From Verrucomicrobiota bacterium (lineage in GTDB: Bacteria; Verrucomicrobiota; Verrucomicrobiia; Verrucomicrobiales; DEV007): a stretch of DNA of 64,000 bases. Under the pieces are notes generated by a model. It was not told the origin of the DNA and did not search any database. It saw nothing but the letters and a program-made list of their open reading frames with translations. The translations under genes and the position numbers were made by a program. Positions 28,914 through 38,442 of this stretch are shown piece by piece. Each line of letters begins with the position of its first letter. Positions within the stretch are counted from its first letter, which is position 1. Location: contig JASFYY010000149.1 of NCBI GenBank assembly GCA_045046875.1, positions 1-64,000 of the forward strand, written 5' to 3'.

Positions 28914-30422
28914 TTAACCATTATTCCCCACCCTCACCTGCAGGTGATAGTTCGCGCTCTGCCCGTTGGCAAACTTGCGCATCACCGTCACCACATAGTG
29001 CCCGTCTTTTTTATAACGATGCTGGGTGACCGCATAACCCTCCTCGGCATGTTTTACCTGATTGCCATCCGAGTGCACGCTCACTTTTTCCGATCCATCA
29101 CCAAAATCCCACAGCTCATCACTCTTATCATCCGCCGCGGCACCAAAAGAACGCACCTTGAAAGTAACCGGATCTCCTGCCTTGATCCCCAAGGTTGGCC
29201 AATAGGAAGCGTGCATGCCTATCGGATATTTATCAGACCGCTCTTTTGCAACCACCTTGATCACCGTAAAATCATAATCTACATTGCCTTCAGAGTCAGT
29301 GATTTTCAATGCCTCGTGATAAAATCCTGGCTGGGGATAAAGGCGATCCACTTTTACCCCTTCCGCCTTTTCTCCTTCACTGAAAACCCATTCATATTTA
29401 GTGATCTTGCCATTCGCTGCCCACGAATGTGATCCGTCCAAGGTGGTGCTTTCTCCCTGCATCACCAGCATGCCAGGACGCGCGCAAGCTAACAACTTGG
29501 GATGATATTGGGCAATATAAGCCTGCCGCAAAAAAGCATACCCCGCCTGAGTGCCCCACTTCCCGGAAGGCTGACGTGCCTTGATTTCAAAATGCAAATG
29601 CGTCCAGCCGCCACTGCCGCCTTCTTTACCAAGCAAACCGATCGCATCTCCCTGCTTGATGCGATCCCCCAGTTTGATCGTATCCGCAATTTCATGCAAA
29701 TGACTGTAACGATAATACCAGCCGCGCGAATCCAACACATAAACCACATCATAACGCTCGGCGACAGGGCTATTGCCATCCTTTTTTTCATGCCCTTCGA
29801 GAACTTTGCCGCCCGTGGACACCACCAGCCCATCGGTCGCCGCGATCACCTCCGTCAAAGCCTCCGCCCCGCCAATATCAAGACCACTGTGATAATAAAT
29901 CTTGGGCAAAATCGAAGCTCCACCATCCACCGTTTCATTGTCATACCAAGTTCCGGTAGCCAACCACCGCTGCTTGACCGGATAGATAAAACTACCCGGC
30001 TCGATCAACGGAGAACCCGCCGGCCACAAACGAATACGTGCCGCTTTAGCGAGTCCCCAGAATGAGGGAGTGCCGTTTTTATTCAAACCACTGGTCGCCG
30101 AACAGTCAACCTGCACCTTGCTCACCGTTTGCGGAAGATTATACATTCCCGATGGCAAAACCACCAAATCCCCGTTTACCTCCAGGCTTACCGCGGCACG
30201 CCTCACTGCCTGACGAATAGGATCCCTGTATTCCTCAAGATCTCGCAAGATAAGTGCCACCTCACTGCCATCAGACAATGTAACCCTTTTTTCCTCGCCC
30301 AATTCCAGATCTACTACCGTCACCAACGACTTGGTGGCAGAAGGAGCTCCACAGGCCATTGAGACCACAGAGACCAAAGTGAAAAACAACGGCAATAAAA
30401 ACAAGTTGTTTGATAATTTCAT
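28914..30422 (-). CDS. M23-family metallopeptidase with PKD domains, secreted or lipoprotein
   Basis: HSGLD (HxxxD), YSHL and HLHFE (HxH); PKD-like YEWVF and WDFGDGS. Confidence 0.85.
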   Translation of the reverse strand: MKLSNNLFLLPLFFTLVSVVSMACGAPSATKSLVTVVDLELGEEKRVTLSDGSEVALILRDLEEYRDPIRQAVRRAAVSLEVNGDLVVLPSGMYNLPQTVSKVQVDCSATSGLNKNGTPSFWGLAKAARIRLWPAGSPLIEPGSFIYPVKQRWLATGTWYDNETVDGGASILPKIYYHSGLDIGGAEALTEVIAATDGLVVSTGGKVLEGHEKKDGNSPVAERYDVVYVLDSRGWYYRYSHLHEIADTIKLGDRIKQGDAIGLLGKEGGSGGWTHLHFEIKARQPSGKWGTQAGYAFLRQAYIAQYHPKLLACARPGMLVMQGESTTLDGSHSWAANGKITKYEWVFSEGEKAEGVKVDRLYPQPGFYHEALKITDSEGNVDYDFTVIKVVAKERSDKYPIGMHASYWPTLGIKAGDPVTFKVRSFGAAADDKSDELWDFGDGSEKVSVHSDGNQVKHAEEGYAVTQHRYKKDGHYVVTVMRKFANGQSANYHLQVRVGNNG

Positions 30423-30541
30423 CCCAGCAACCTTCCCTTCACCCCTAACGATTGCAAGCTTGCTTAATTATTGTCGATTGCCGAATCCCCCCCATCCTGT
30501 AAATTCACATCAGACTCGCACATAACCAGCGGCAGCATAAA

Positions 30542-31030
30542 GTGAACGCCTCCCCTCCATCAATAGAAAAAATCACCGCATTGTTGCTGCAATTGCTTGA
30601 TCCCATCCGCCACAGTGCTGACACTCTTTTGCACTCTGAAATCGACAGCCGTGCCCTTGCCGATCCGATTTGGGAAAATTTTGTCGCATCCCTCAGTCAA
30701 ACTGAACTGCGTGAATTTAAATCCTGGCCCACTGTCGAATCCATACTATCCACCCTGCTTGACGACACCCTCTGGCCGGGCAACTCAACTGCTGAGCACG
30801 GCTCAACCACCCCTCCGCCAGCCACAGGTTCGCTTGCCGAATGGTTGGATCGCCTGCTTAAAATAATGCAGGCTATCGACCATCGCGCGCTACCCATCCT
30901 CGCCCTACGCCTCGAAGGCTTCGACCAACGGGACGTCTCCGAGCAACTGGAAACCGGGTTGCGCTGCATCCAGGCCATCACCCGGGAAATGCAACTGGCT
31001 TGGAGTGAACAAAAACTACCTGCCACCTGA
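30542..31030 (+). CDS. Degenerate ECF-sigma-like protein (region-4 HTH only)
   Basis: C-terminal ILALRLEGFDQRDVSEQLETGLRCIQ resembles region 4 of kinase-linked ECFs; no clear region 2; overlaps the kinase gene. Confidence 0.5.
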   Translation: MNASPPSIEKITALLLQLLDPIRHSADTLLHSEIDSRALADPIWENFVASLSQTELREFKSWPTVESILSTLLDDTLWPGNSTAEHGSTTPPPATGSLAEWLDRLLKIMQAIDHRALPILALRLEGFDQRDVSEQLETGLRCIQAITREMQLAWSEQKLPAT

Positions 31031-32372
31031 TTCCATGCTCGTCTCCATAGTCGCCAAATTTCAAGAAAAAGCACAACGGGATGCCGATCGTTACGAAGCA
31101 TGGACCGCCAGCCTGCTGCGTCTGCGTCAAGCTTTCGCAGAAGAACAAAATCCCAAAATTAAAGACCTGCGCGATTTCCTCGATTGCATTCCCGAAGAAC
31201 AACAGCTCGACACCTTGCAAGATCTCATCGCAGAACATTTGAGAATCACTTGGCAAAAGCAAAAAGGCGAACTCTTGGAAGCCTATTTTGCAGAATACGG
31301 CGAGGCATTCGAAGCACTGCGCGATTCAAGCCAGGTTCCTGTAGACCTAGTCGAAGATGAATTTCTCGCCCGCTACCAATCCCCCCATGGGGACACCCCT
31401 TCGATCAAAGAATATCAACAGCGTTTTCCGCAACGCAAAAACATCATCACCCGATTGCAGACGAGAGCCTTAGACCGCGGCCAATATATCAAATTGAAAA
31501 AAATCGGCCACGGTGCCATGGCAAACATCTGGAAAAGCTATGATTGCCGCAATAAAAAATTCATCGCCATTAAAGAGGCTGAAAACGATAATGCGCTTAA
31601 CAGCTTGGCTAAAGAGCATAGCGCCTGTGAGAAGCTCAACCATCAGGGCATCACCACCCTCCGCCCACTGCCACAGGAAAACAGCGCAGCTGCCCCCATT
31701 TATGGGATGGAATTAATTGACGGCCCCTCTCTCGCCCAAGCCATCGGCAAATACCACAGCCCTTCCGAGTATCTCAACAAAAATGCCCGACGCGAACTGT
31801 TGGAACAACTTCTTCACTCGCTCATCAACATCAGTGATGCCCTGAACCACGCCCACAATGAAGGCATTCTGCATCGTGACCTCAAACCGGGAAATGTTCT
31901 ACTTAACAAAGATGATCGTCCTTACATCATCGACTGGGGAATGACCATGTCTCTCAAACCCGAATCAGACTCTGCGTCTCCTAAAGATGTCATCATTGCG
32001 GGTACCCCGGAATACATGCCGCCAGAACAAAGTGTCGGTTCTGCCGATACCAGAAGCGACATTTTTTCGCTCGGGGCGATCCTCTACGAAATCCTCTGTG
32101 GCACCTCTCCCCATAACTGGGACCATCCGCTTCCACCGACGAATTGGGTGCAAATCGTCAAACAATGTCAGATCATAGCTCCGATAAAAGTCAATCGTAG
32201 CACTCCTGCCGCGCTCAATGCGATTTGTCTCAAGGCTCTCAATGCTGATCCGGATTTACGTTACCAAAGTGCTGGTGAGTTAGCTCGGGACATCGATCGT
32301 TATCTGAAAAAACAAACCGTTTCCGCTTACCCTGAAACTCTGTTCTACAAAATAAGACGCGGTCTGAGCTAG
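31005..32372 (+). CDS. Hanks-type Ser/Thr protein kinase, cytoplasmic
   Basis: IGHGAMA, IAIKE, HRDLKPGN, DWG, GTPEYMPPEQ, SDIFSLG, RYQSA; no TM segment. Confidence 0.92.
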   Translation: MNKNYLPPDSMLVSIVAKFQEKAQRDADRYEAWTASLLRLRQAFAEEQNPKIKDLRDFLDCIPEEQQLDTLQDLIAEHLRITWQKQKGELLEAYFAEYGEAFEALRDSSQVPVDLVEDEFLARYQSPHGDTPSIKEYQQRFPQRKNIITRLQTRALDRGQYIKLKKIGHGAMANIWKSYDCRNKKFIAIKEAENDNALNSLAKEHSACEKLNHQGITTLRPLPQENSAAAPIYGMELIDGPSLAQAIGKYHSPSEYLNKNARRELLEQLLHSLINISDALNHAHNEGILHRDLKPGNVLLNKDDRPYIIDWGMTMSLKPESDSASPKDVIIAGTPEYMPPEQSVGSADTRSDIFSLGAILYEILCGTSPHNWDHPLPPTNWVQIVKQCQIIAPIKVNRSTPAALNAICLKALNADPDLRYQSAGELARDIDRYLKKQTVSAYPETLFYKIRRGLS

Positions 32373-32525
32373 CCCTCGCGACTCGCGGTTTTTCCCAAGC
32401 AATTCGACCCGCCAAAAACCAGCAACCTCTCTTTTATTGCTGGCATCAGGTCCTTTTTTGCGCCCATTTCGGCATTTTCACAGCAAGCCTTGACGCTGCG
32501 CCTCTTTTATGAAAATATCCATGAA

Positions 32526-32574
32526 CCACTATATATTGTGCTTACAGGAACAAGTGAACCACACTATATAGTAG
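32526..32574. promoter_or_regulatory. Tandem NrdR boxes
   Basis: CCACTATATATTGTGC (32526-32541) and CCACACTATATAGTAG (32559-32574) resemble the NrdR consensus acaCwAtATaTwGtgt; 33 bp apart, upstream of an RNR gene and just downstream of a TTGACG at 32490. Confidence 0.85.
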
Positions 32575-32742
32575 ATAATTAATTAAACTTAATTACCTGC
32601 CGGTTTTTTTAGCTTTTATCGCCAGTCAACGAAAACAATTTTTGCCAGACCGACCTAATCGCTGATTTCCTCACTCCTATCCCGGTCACTGCCTAATTCC
32701 GGGGCTGTTTGTTTCACGTCCAACCTACAAAAAAGAATCAAA

Positions 32743-34800
32743 ATGAACAGTGCCGTATTAAAACCAAACCAGATAAAAACAGTCGCCCTGCCCTCTGCCA
32801 TCATCAAACGCAATGGGTCACAGGCTCGCTTTGATCCCGAGAAAATTTACCTGGCCATTGCCCAAGCGGGAGCCGCCACCGATGAATTTGCCCATGACGA
32901 AGCCCGACTGCTTTCTGGTCAAGTGATCAAGGTCCTGGGGCATCGTTTTAAAGACCTCTCTCCAAACATAGAACACATCCAAGACATCGTTGAGCAGGTT
33001 CTCATCACCGCCAATCACTTTCAAACTGCCCGTGCCTACATTGTCTATCGAGAGCAACACAAGACCCTGCGCCAAGACCATAAAACCGTCGTCGACGTAG
33101 CCAGCTCAGTGAACGAATACCTGGATCGCCTCGACTGGCGGGTAAACGCCAATGCTAATCAAGGCTATTCACTAGGAGGCATGATTTTAAATGTATCCGG
33201 GAAAGTGATTGCCAACTACTGGCTCAGCCATGTTTATCCTCCGGAAATCGGCTTGGCTCACCGCGAGGGAGACCTCCATATTCACGACCTCGACATGCTG
33301 GCCGGATACTGCGCCGGATGGTCATTGCGCACGCTGCTCAATGAGGGGCTCAATGGAGTTCCCGGCAAAGTTGAATCAGGCCCTCCCAAACACCTCAGCA
33401 GTGCGGTGGCACAAATCGTCAATTTCCTCGGCACTCTGCAAAATGAATGGGCAGGCGCCCAAGCCTTCAGCTCCTTTGACACTTATCTAGCCCCCTATAT
33501 CAGAAACGAATCACTCTCTTACACCCAGGTGAAGCAGAGCATGCAAGAGCTCATCTACAACCTCAATGTGCCTTCACGTTGGGGAACCCAGACTCCATTT
33601 ACCAACATCACCTTCGACTGGGTATGCCCGGAAGACCTTCGTAACGAGATCCCTGTCATCGGCGGAGAGGCTATGCCGTTCAACTATGGAGAACTGCAGA
33701 CGGAGATGGAAATGATCAACAAGGCTTACATAGAAGTCATGACAGCGGGAGACGCCAAAGGAAGGGTCTTCACCTTTCCTATCCCAACTTACAACATCAC
33801 TGAGGACTTCCCATGGGAGAGTGAAAATGCGCAACTGCTCTTTGACATGACGGCAAAGTACGGTCTGCCCTACTTCCAGAACTTCATCAACTCCGAGCTC
33901 AAGCCCAATATGATCCGCTCGATGTGTTGCCGTTTGCAATTGGATCTCACCGAATTACTCAAACGCGGCAACGGACTCTTCGGCTCCGCTGAGCAAACCG
34001 GCTCCCTGGGTGTGGTGACTATTTCCTGCGCTCGTCTGGGGCATGTTTATAAAGGGGATGAAAGCGGACTTTTTGAAAAATTGGACTACTTGATGGAGCT
34101 TGCAAAAAACAGTCTGGAAATCAAACGCAAGGAAATACAACGCCACATGGATGCTGGCCTTTTCCCCTACACCAAGCGCTACCTTGGCACCGTGCGAAAT
34201 CATTTTTCGACTATTGGCATCAACGGCGTGAATGAAATGATTCGCAACTTCACCGATGACGAGCATGACATCACCAGTGAGTGGGGGCACGCTTTTGCCT
34301 GCCGATTGCTTGACCATATCAGGGCTAACATGGTTACCTTTCAGGAGCAGACCGGCAACATGTATAACCTGGAGGCAACTCCCGCGGAAGGCACGACCTA
34401 CCGCTTTGCCAAGGAGGATAGGAAAAAATTTCCTGGAATTTTGCAAGCGGGAACAGACGACAATCCTTATTACACCAATTCCTCCCAGCTTCCCGTCGGG
34501 TTCACTGATGACCCCTTCGAAGCCTTGACGCGTCAAGATGAACTCCAGTGCAAATACACCGGAGGCACCGTTTTACATCTTTATATGAGCGAGCGTATAT
34601 CAAGTGCCGACGCATGCAGGAAACTGGTGCAGCGATCCCTGCAACGTTTCCGACTGCCCTACATCACAATAACTCCCACTTTTTCCATCTGCCCGAAACA
34701 CGGCTACCTATCAGGAGAGCATGCATATTGCCCCAAGTGCGATGAGCAAATTTTAACACAGAAAAGAAAAACATCTGAAACAGAATCCTCCTCTAAATAA
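32743..34800 (+). CDS. nrdD: Anaerobic (class III) ribonucleoside-triphosphate reductase, large part lacking the glycyl-radical loop
   Basis: ATP cone (IIKRNG), HIHDL, YCAGW, FTFPIPT, SMCCRL, EATPAEG, YTGGT, Zn motif CPKH...CPKC; ends with no RxxGY. Confidence 0.93.
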   Translation: MNSAVLKPNQIKTVALPSAIIKRNGSQARFDPEKIYLAIAQAGAATDEFAHDEARLLSGQVIKVLGHRFKDLSPNIEHIQDIVEQVLITANHFQTARAYIVYREQHKTLRQDHKTVVDVASSVNEYLDRLDWRVNANANQGYSLGGMILNVSGKVIANYWLSHVYPPEIGLAHREGDLHIHDLDMLAGYCAGWSLRTLLNEGLNGVPGKVESGPPKHLSSAVAQIVNFLGTLQNEWAGAQAFSSFDTYLAPYIRNESLSYTQVKQSMQELIYNLNVPSRWGTQTPFTNITFDWVCPEDLRNEIPVIGGEAMPFNYGELQTEMEMINKAYIEVMTAGDAKGRVFTFPIPTYNITEDFPWESENAQLLFDMTAKYGLPYFQNFINSELKPNMIRSMCCRLQLDLTELLKRGNGLFGSAEQTGSLGVVTISCARLGHVYKGDESGLFEKLDYLMELAKNSLEIKRKEIQRHMDAGLFPYTKRYLGTVRNHFSTIGINGVNEMIRNFTDDEHDITSEWGHAFACRLLDHIRANMVTFQEQTGNMYNLEATPAEGTTYRFAKEDRKKFPGILQAGTDDNPYYTNSSQLPVGFTDDPFEALTRQDELQCKYTGGTVLHLYMSERISSADACRKLVQRSLQRFRLPYITITPTFSICPKHGYLSGEHAYCPKCDEQILTQKRKTSETESSSK

Positions 34801-34818
34801 AAACAAACCATTAAAAAA

Positions 34819-34989
34819 ATGAAAACCACCGAAAAAATAGAACTCACTGAAGAAGAACGCCAACCCTGTGAAATTTGGACCCGGGTGATGGGATACCACC
34901 GCCCTGTTTCCGCGTTCAATAAAGGAAAAAAGGGAGAACATGCAGAAAGAGTCCATTTCAAGGAAGAAGCCAGCAAGGGGCATTGCTGA
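34819..34989 (+). CDS. Stand-alone NrdD glycyl-radical peptide, 56 aa (not in the ORF track)
   Basis: Hand translation MKTTEKIELTEEERQPCEIWTRVMGYHRPVSAFNKGKKGEHAERVHFKEEASKGHC*, containing RVMGY and FNKGKKGE. Confidence 0.9.
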   Translation: MKTTEKIELTEEERQPCEIWTRVMGYHRPVSAFNKGKKGEHAERVHFKEEASKGHC

Positions 34990-35026
34990 CCAGCCAAATC
35001 TCTAAGGGAAAGGTTAAGGGGAGGTT

Positions 35027-35701
35027 ATGTCCGTATTAAAAGTCGGAGGGCTCACCGCCCTGACTACGATTGATTTCCCCGGGCACCTGGCAGCTGTTGT
35101 GTTCTGCCAGGGATGCCCGTGGCGTTGCCCTTACTGTCATAACCCCCACTTACTTCCGGGCACCGGCAGTGAGGATTTGCAATGGGATCAGGTGCTCTCA
35201 TTCATGCAAGAGCGCAAAGGCTTGCTCGATGGGGTGGTGTTCAGCGGCGGAGAACCAACTTCACAATCCTGTTTACTCCAAGCCATTCAGGAAATCAAAC
35301 AGCTGGACTTCTCCGTAGGCCTGCACACAGCAGGCCCCTACCCTGACCGCTTGTCAGAATTGCTGCCCCATCTCGATTGGGTTGCACTTGATATCAAGGC
35401 TCCCTTTGACTCTTATGAAAAAATAACCGGGATACCCCATAGCGGCGAAAAAGCAAAACAAAGCGCTCTTCTGATACTGGAATCCGGATTGCCCTACGAG
35501 TTCCGCACCACGGTCCATCCCGGATTGATCGATGATATTTCCCTTTTCATTTTGGCCGAAAATCTAAAGCAAATGGGCGTTAAAAATTTTGCCCTGCAGA
35601 ACTTTCGCCCGACCACCACTCTACCCATTCCAGAAAACCCGCTTAGTCCCGACACCATCGAGACGATCAGCGCCATGTTTCCCCAATTCGAAGTCAGGTG
35701 A
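35027..35701 (+). CDS. nrdG: Class III RNR activating radical-SAM enzyme
   Basis: GCPWRCPYCHN (CxxxCxxC), SGGEPT; follows nrdD. Confidence 0.92.
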   Translation: MSVLKVGGLTALTTIDFPGHLAAVVFCQGCPWRCPYCHNPHLLPGTGSEDLQWDQVLSFMQERKGLLDGVVFSGGEPTSQSCLLQAIQEIKQLDFSVGLHTAGPYPDRLSELLPHLDWVALDIKAPFDSYEKITGIPHSGEKAKQSALLILESGLPYEFRTTVHPGLIDDISLFILAENLKQMGVKNFALQNFRPTTTLPIPENPLSPDTIETISAMFPQFEVR

Positions 35702-35850
35702 TAGTTCCCCTTTGCCAATACGATGCGAAACAACCACAAGATCGACACATAAAATATCCAGATCTAGGTAGCTCCACCACTTCCCCCTGAACTAGAGTGT
35801 CCTCACCACTGAGACAATTCTCAGCAAGCCTTCAACCGAATAATATCCAC

Positions 35851-36210
35851 ATGAATCAGCTATCCCTTTATCAACGCCTTGGAGGCTATCAAGCAATTTC
35901 CAGGTTTGCCAATAACTTGCTTCCTCGTTTAATGAATGACTCTCAATTAGGAAGATTCTGGAAAAACCCTAATAGCCAAAGCCGAAAGAAAGGGCCCAAT
36001 GGACTGATTAGATACTTATGCTCTTGCGCAGGTTGGCCTGCTTATCTGCCAGGCCATTACAGGGATGATATTAAAATCACTGAACTCGATTGGTCAAAAT
36101 TCATGGTACACGCCGGAGCCACCATGGAAGCCCTGCAAGTGCCTGACCGGGAAGTAGAAGAAGTTATTTCTTTTGTGATCAGCATGAAGAGCAAAGTGGT
36201 TAAATACTAG
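35851..36210 (+). CDS. Group I truncated (2/2) globin-like protein, divergent
   Basis: SLYQRLGGY...LGRFW...YLCSCAGWP...ITELDW; the F-helix region is atypical. Confidence 0.7.
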   Translation: MNQLSLYQRLGGYQAISRFANNLLPRLMNDSQLGRFWKNPNSQSRKKGPNGLIRYLCSCAGWPAYLPGHYRDDIKITELDWSKFMVHAGATMEALQVPDREVEEVISFVISMKSKVVKY

Positions 36211-36267
36211 ATCCTTATTTAAGGCGCACCCCAAAGAGGGTAAGCTAATCACACAACAAGCGGACAA

Positions 36268-36948
36268 ATGAATATTGAAATACAAACACACGTTGCAGAA
36301 ATCGCTACCCTTTACCCATTGGCAACCCGGGTTCTAGATCGTTATCAAATCGGCTATTGTTGCGAAGGAGGCAAAACGCTTAATGAAGCATGTGAGCGCC
36401 GAGGGTTGAATCCCGAAGCCATCATAGCAGAAATCCAACAGGAGCTGGAGAAAACCGACGACTCACCCACCCGCTGGGATCAAGCATCTCTGGAGGAACT
36501 GATCAAACACATTCTGGCCACCTACCATGAACCCCTGCGTGAAGAACTTCCCCGACTGGAAGCCATGGCTCTCAGGGTAGAGCAAGTCCACGGCGAAAAA
36601 ATGCCTCTGGTGTTGCCCGAACTTGCCCGTGTCATGACAGCCCTCAGAGCAGAACTGGAACAACACATGATGAAAGAAGAACAGATCCTTTTTCCTTTGG
36701 TTCTACAAGGTGAAAAGATCATGATCGACTGTCCGATCAAAGTAATGGAACAAGAGCACGATAGCGCTAGCCACGCGCTGCAACGACTGCGGCTATTGAC
36801 CAATAACTACCAAGTGCCCGATGGCGCATGCAATACTTGGCGTGCCTTGTGGCATGGACTGGCAGACCTGGAGTCCGAGTTACAACACCACATCCACCTT
36901 GAGAACAATATTTTGTTTCCTCGCGCTTTAAAACCAGACGCGGCATAA
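36268..36948 (+). CDS. ric: Iron-sulfur cluster repair di-iron protein (Ric/YtfE/ScdA/DnrN)
   Basis: IGYCCEGG, YHEPLR, VHG, HMMKEEQILFP, MEQEHD, GACNTW, HIHLENNILFP. Confidence 0.95.
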   Translation: MNIEIQTHVAEIATLYPLATRVLDRYQIGYCCEGGKTLNEACERRGLNPEAIIAEIQQELEKTDDSPTRWDQASLEELIKHILATYHEPLREELPRLEAMALRVEQVHGEKMPLVLPELARVMTALRAELEQHMMKEEQILFPLVLQGEKIMIDCPIKVMEQEHDSASHALQRLRLLTNNYQVPDGACNTWRALWHGLADLESELQHHIHLENNILFPRALKPDAA

Positions 36949-37028
36949 CCCATCCCTTATTTCGGTTTTTACCACGGGAAACCGCCTACTCGAATGCTGG
37001 TGAAAACACACCACGAGGACGAAACTTC

Positions 37029-37066
37029 GTTAAAATTCTTGCTGCTTAATCAGCAAGAATTTTAAC
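37029..37066. terminator. 16-bp perfect hairpin between convergent genes (probable bidirectional terminator)
   Basis: GTTAAAATTCTTGCTG-CTTAAT-CAGCAAGAATTTTAAC. Confidence 0.75.
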
Positions 37067-37101
37067 CCGTTTTGAACAGGATGAAATTTCCGTAGGAAAG
37101 C

Positions 37102-38400
37102 CTATGCAAAAAATCCAAGCTTCTCAAAATCCCCACCGACCACAGGCTTTGCGCTTCCCTCCATCCAGTCATCGATGACGGTGGTGTAAACACTTCTAAA
37201 ATCGACCTTGTATTTCAAATCCCCTTTGTCTAAGTCGGTGAGACTCGGATACTCGCCGTAAAGGCCACCTTTCACCGGTTTGCCTGCAACAAAGAGACAC
37301 GAGCCTTTACCATGGTCTGTTCCGGCACTGGCATTCTCACCTACCCGTCGACCAAATTCGGAAAAAGTCATCAGCGTCACCCGCTCATCGTTTCCCTGTT
37401 GCTTCAAATCTGTGAAGAACGACTTCAAGGCATCATCGAGCTGCGAAAGCAGTTGATCATGGCGCCCCTCCTGCCCCTGATGAGTGTCGAAACCTCCATG
37501 GCTCACATAATACACCCGGGTCGGCAACCCGCCCGCTATCATACGTGAGACGAGATTCAGACTGCGTGAAATCGGGATGCCGGAATACGACACCTTAGAC
37601 TTATACTTCGAGGCAAGATTGAGGATTTTTTCGGAGCTGACACGAGCATTCATTGCGACACGTTCCAGAAAAGCAATATTGCTTTCGCCCACCAGTCCGC
37701 CGGCCTTGCCAAGCTCCTCAATCGAGCTGCCCGTCGCTTCATGCGGTGAATTCAGATCGGCGAAAAATTCCTCTGCCAGATCCTCATCCCCGCCACCATG
37801 AATCCAACGATAGAGCTCCGGCGTCGACAAGCTAATGCCAGGATTTTTCAATGCACCAAATGACTCTGGCTGCGTTTTTTTGAGGCTCACCCCCACCGTC
37901 GGATCTGCGCCAGGGCAATCATTGTCAAAGTAACGACCCAACCATCCGGTGTTCGACCGGTTCTTGATATCACTGGTTTCCCACACCGAAGTCGAGACAA
38001 AGTGGGAGCGATTTGGATTAGGGTAACCCACCCCCTGAACCACCGCCAGCTGCCCCTCCTCATGCAGACTGTGCATGAACGGTAGCTGATCGTTCAACCC
38101 TACCTGATCATTCAATTTTAAAATATCCTTGGCCGACTTTCCTATCTTCGGACGAGCTTTGTGATACGCATCATCCGTATAGGGAACCAGCGTATTCAGC
38201 CCGTCATTCCCGCCTGCCATTTGCAATACCACCAGAATGCGACCGTCCTTGCCGGATTCAGACTGCACCTCTGAATCACTCGCATCCTTATTCAGCTCTG
38301 CAAAAGTCTGCCCCAAAAACATCGGAACGGTTCCGAGTGCCGAAGCCCCCATGGCTGACGTCCGTAAAAAATCACGCCGCGTTTTTAAAAACTTATTCAT
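37102..38400 (-). CDS. DUF1501 family Tat-exported protein
   Basis: TRRDFL, GGNDGLN, NRSHF, GGFDTH, FSEFGRR, GTDHG. Confidence 0.9.
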   Translation of the reverse strand: MNKFLKTRRDFLRTSAMGASALGTVPMFLGQTFAELNKDASDSEVQSESGKDGRILVVLQMAGGNDGLNTLVPYTDDAYHKARPKIGKSAKDILKLNDQVGLNDQLPFMHSLHEEGQLAVVQGVGYPNPNRSHFVSTSVWETSDIKNRSNTGWLGRYFDNDCPGADPTVGVSLKKTQPESFGALKNPGISLSTPELYRWIHGGGDEDLAEEFFADLNSPHEATGSSIEELGKAGGLVGESNIAFLERVAMNARVSSEKILNLASKYKSKVSYSGIPISRSLNLVSRMIAGGLPTRVYYVSHGGFDTHQGQEGRHDQLLSQLDDALKSFFTDLKQQGNDERVTLMTFSEFGRRVGENASAGTDHGKGSCLFVAGKPVKGGLYGEYPSLTDLDKGDLKYKVDFRSVYTTVIDDWMEGSAKPVVGGDFEKLGFFA

Positions 38401-38442
38401 ATCTGCCTCCTTCTATTAAATAATCAGTCCTTTGAAAAAAAA

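Noticed and set aside
32373..32742. Cobalamin riboswitch upstream of nrdD
   Set aside because: No B12-box or conserved core recognised; the tandem NrdR boxes explain the region better.
34798..34800. Selenocysteine or pyrrolysine recoding of the nrdD stop
   Set aside because: The codon is TAA, not TGA or TAG, and it lies in a low-complexity linker rather than at a catalytic position.
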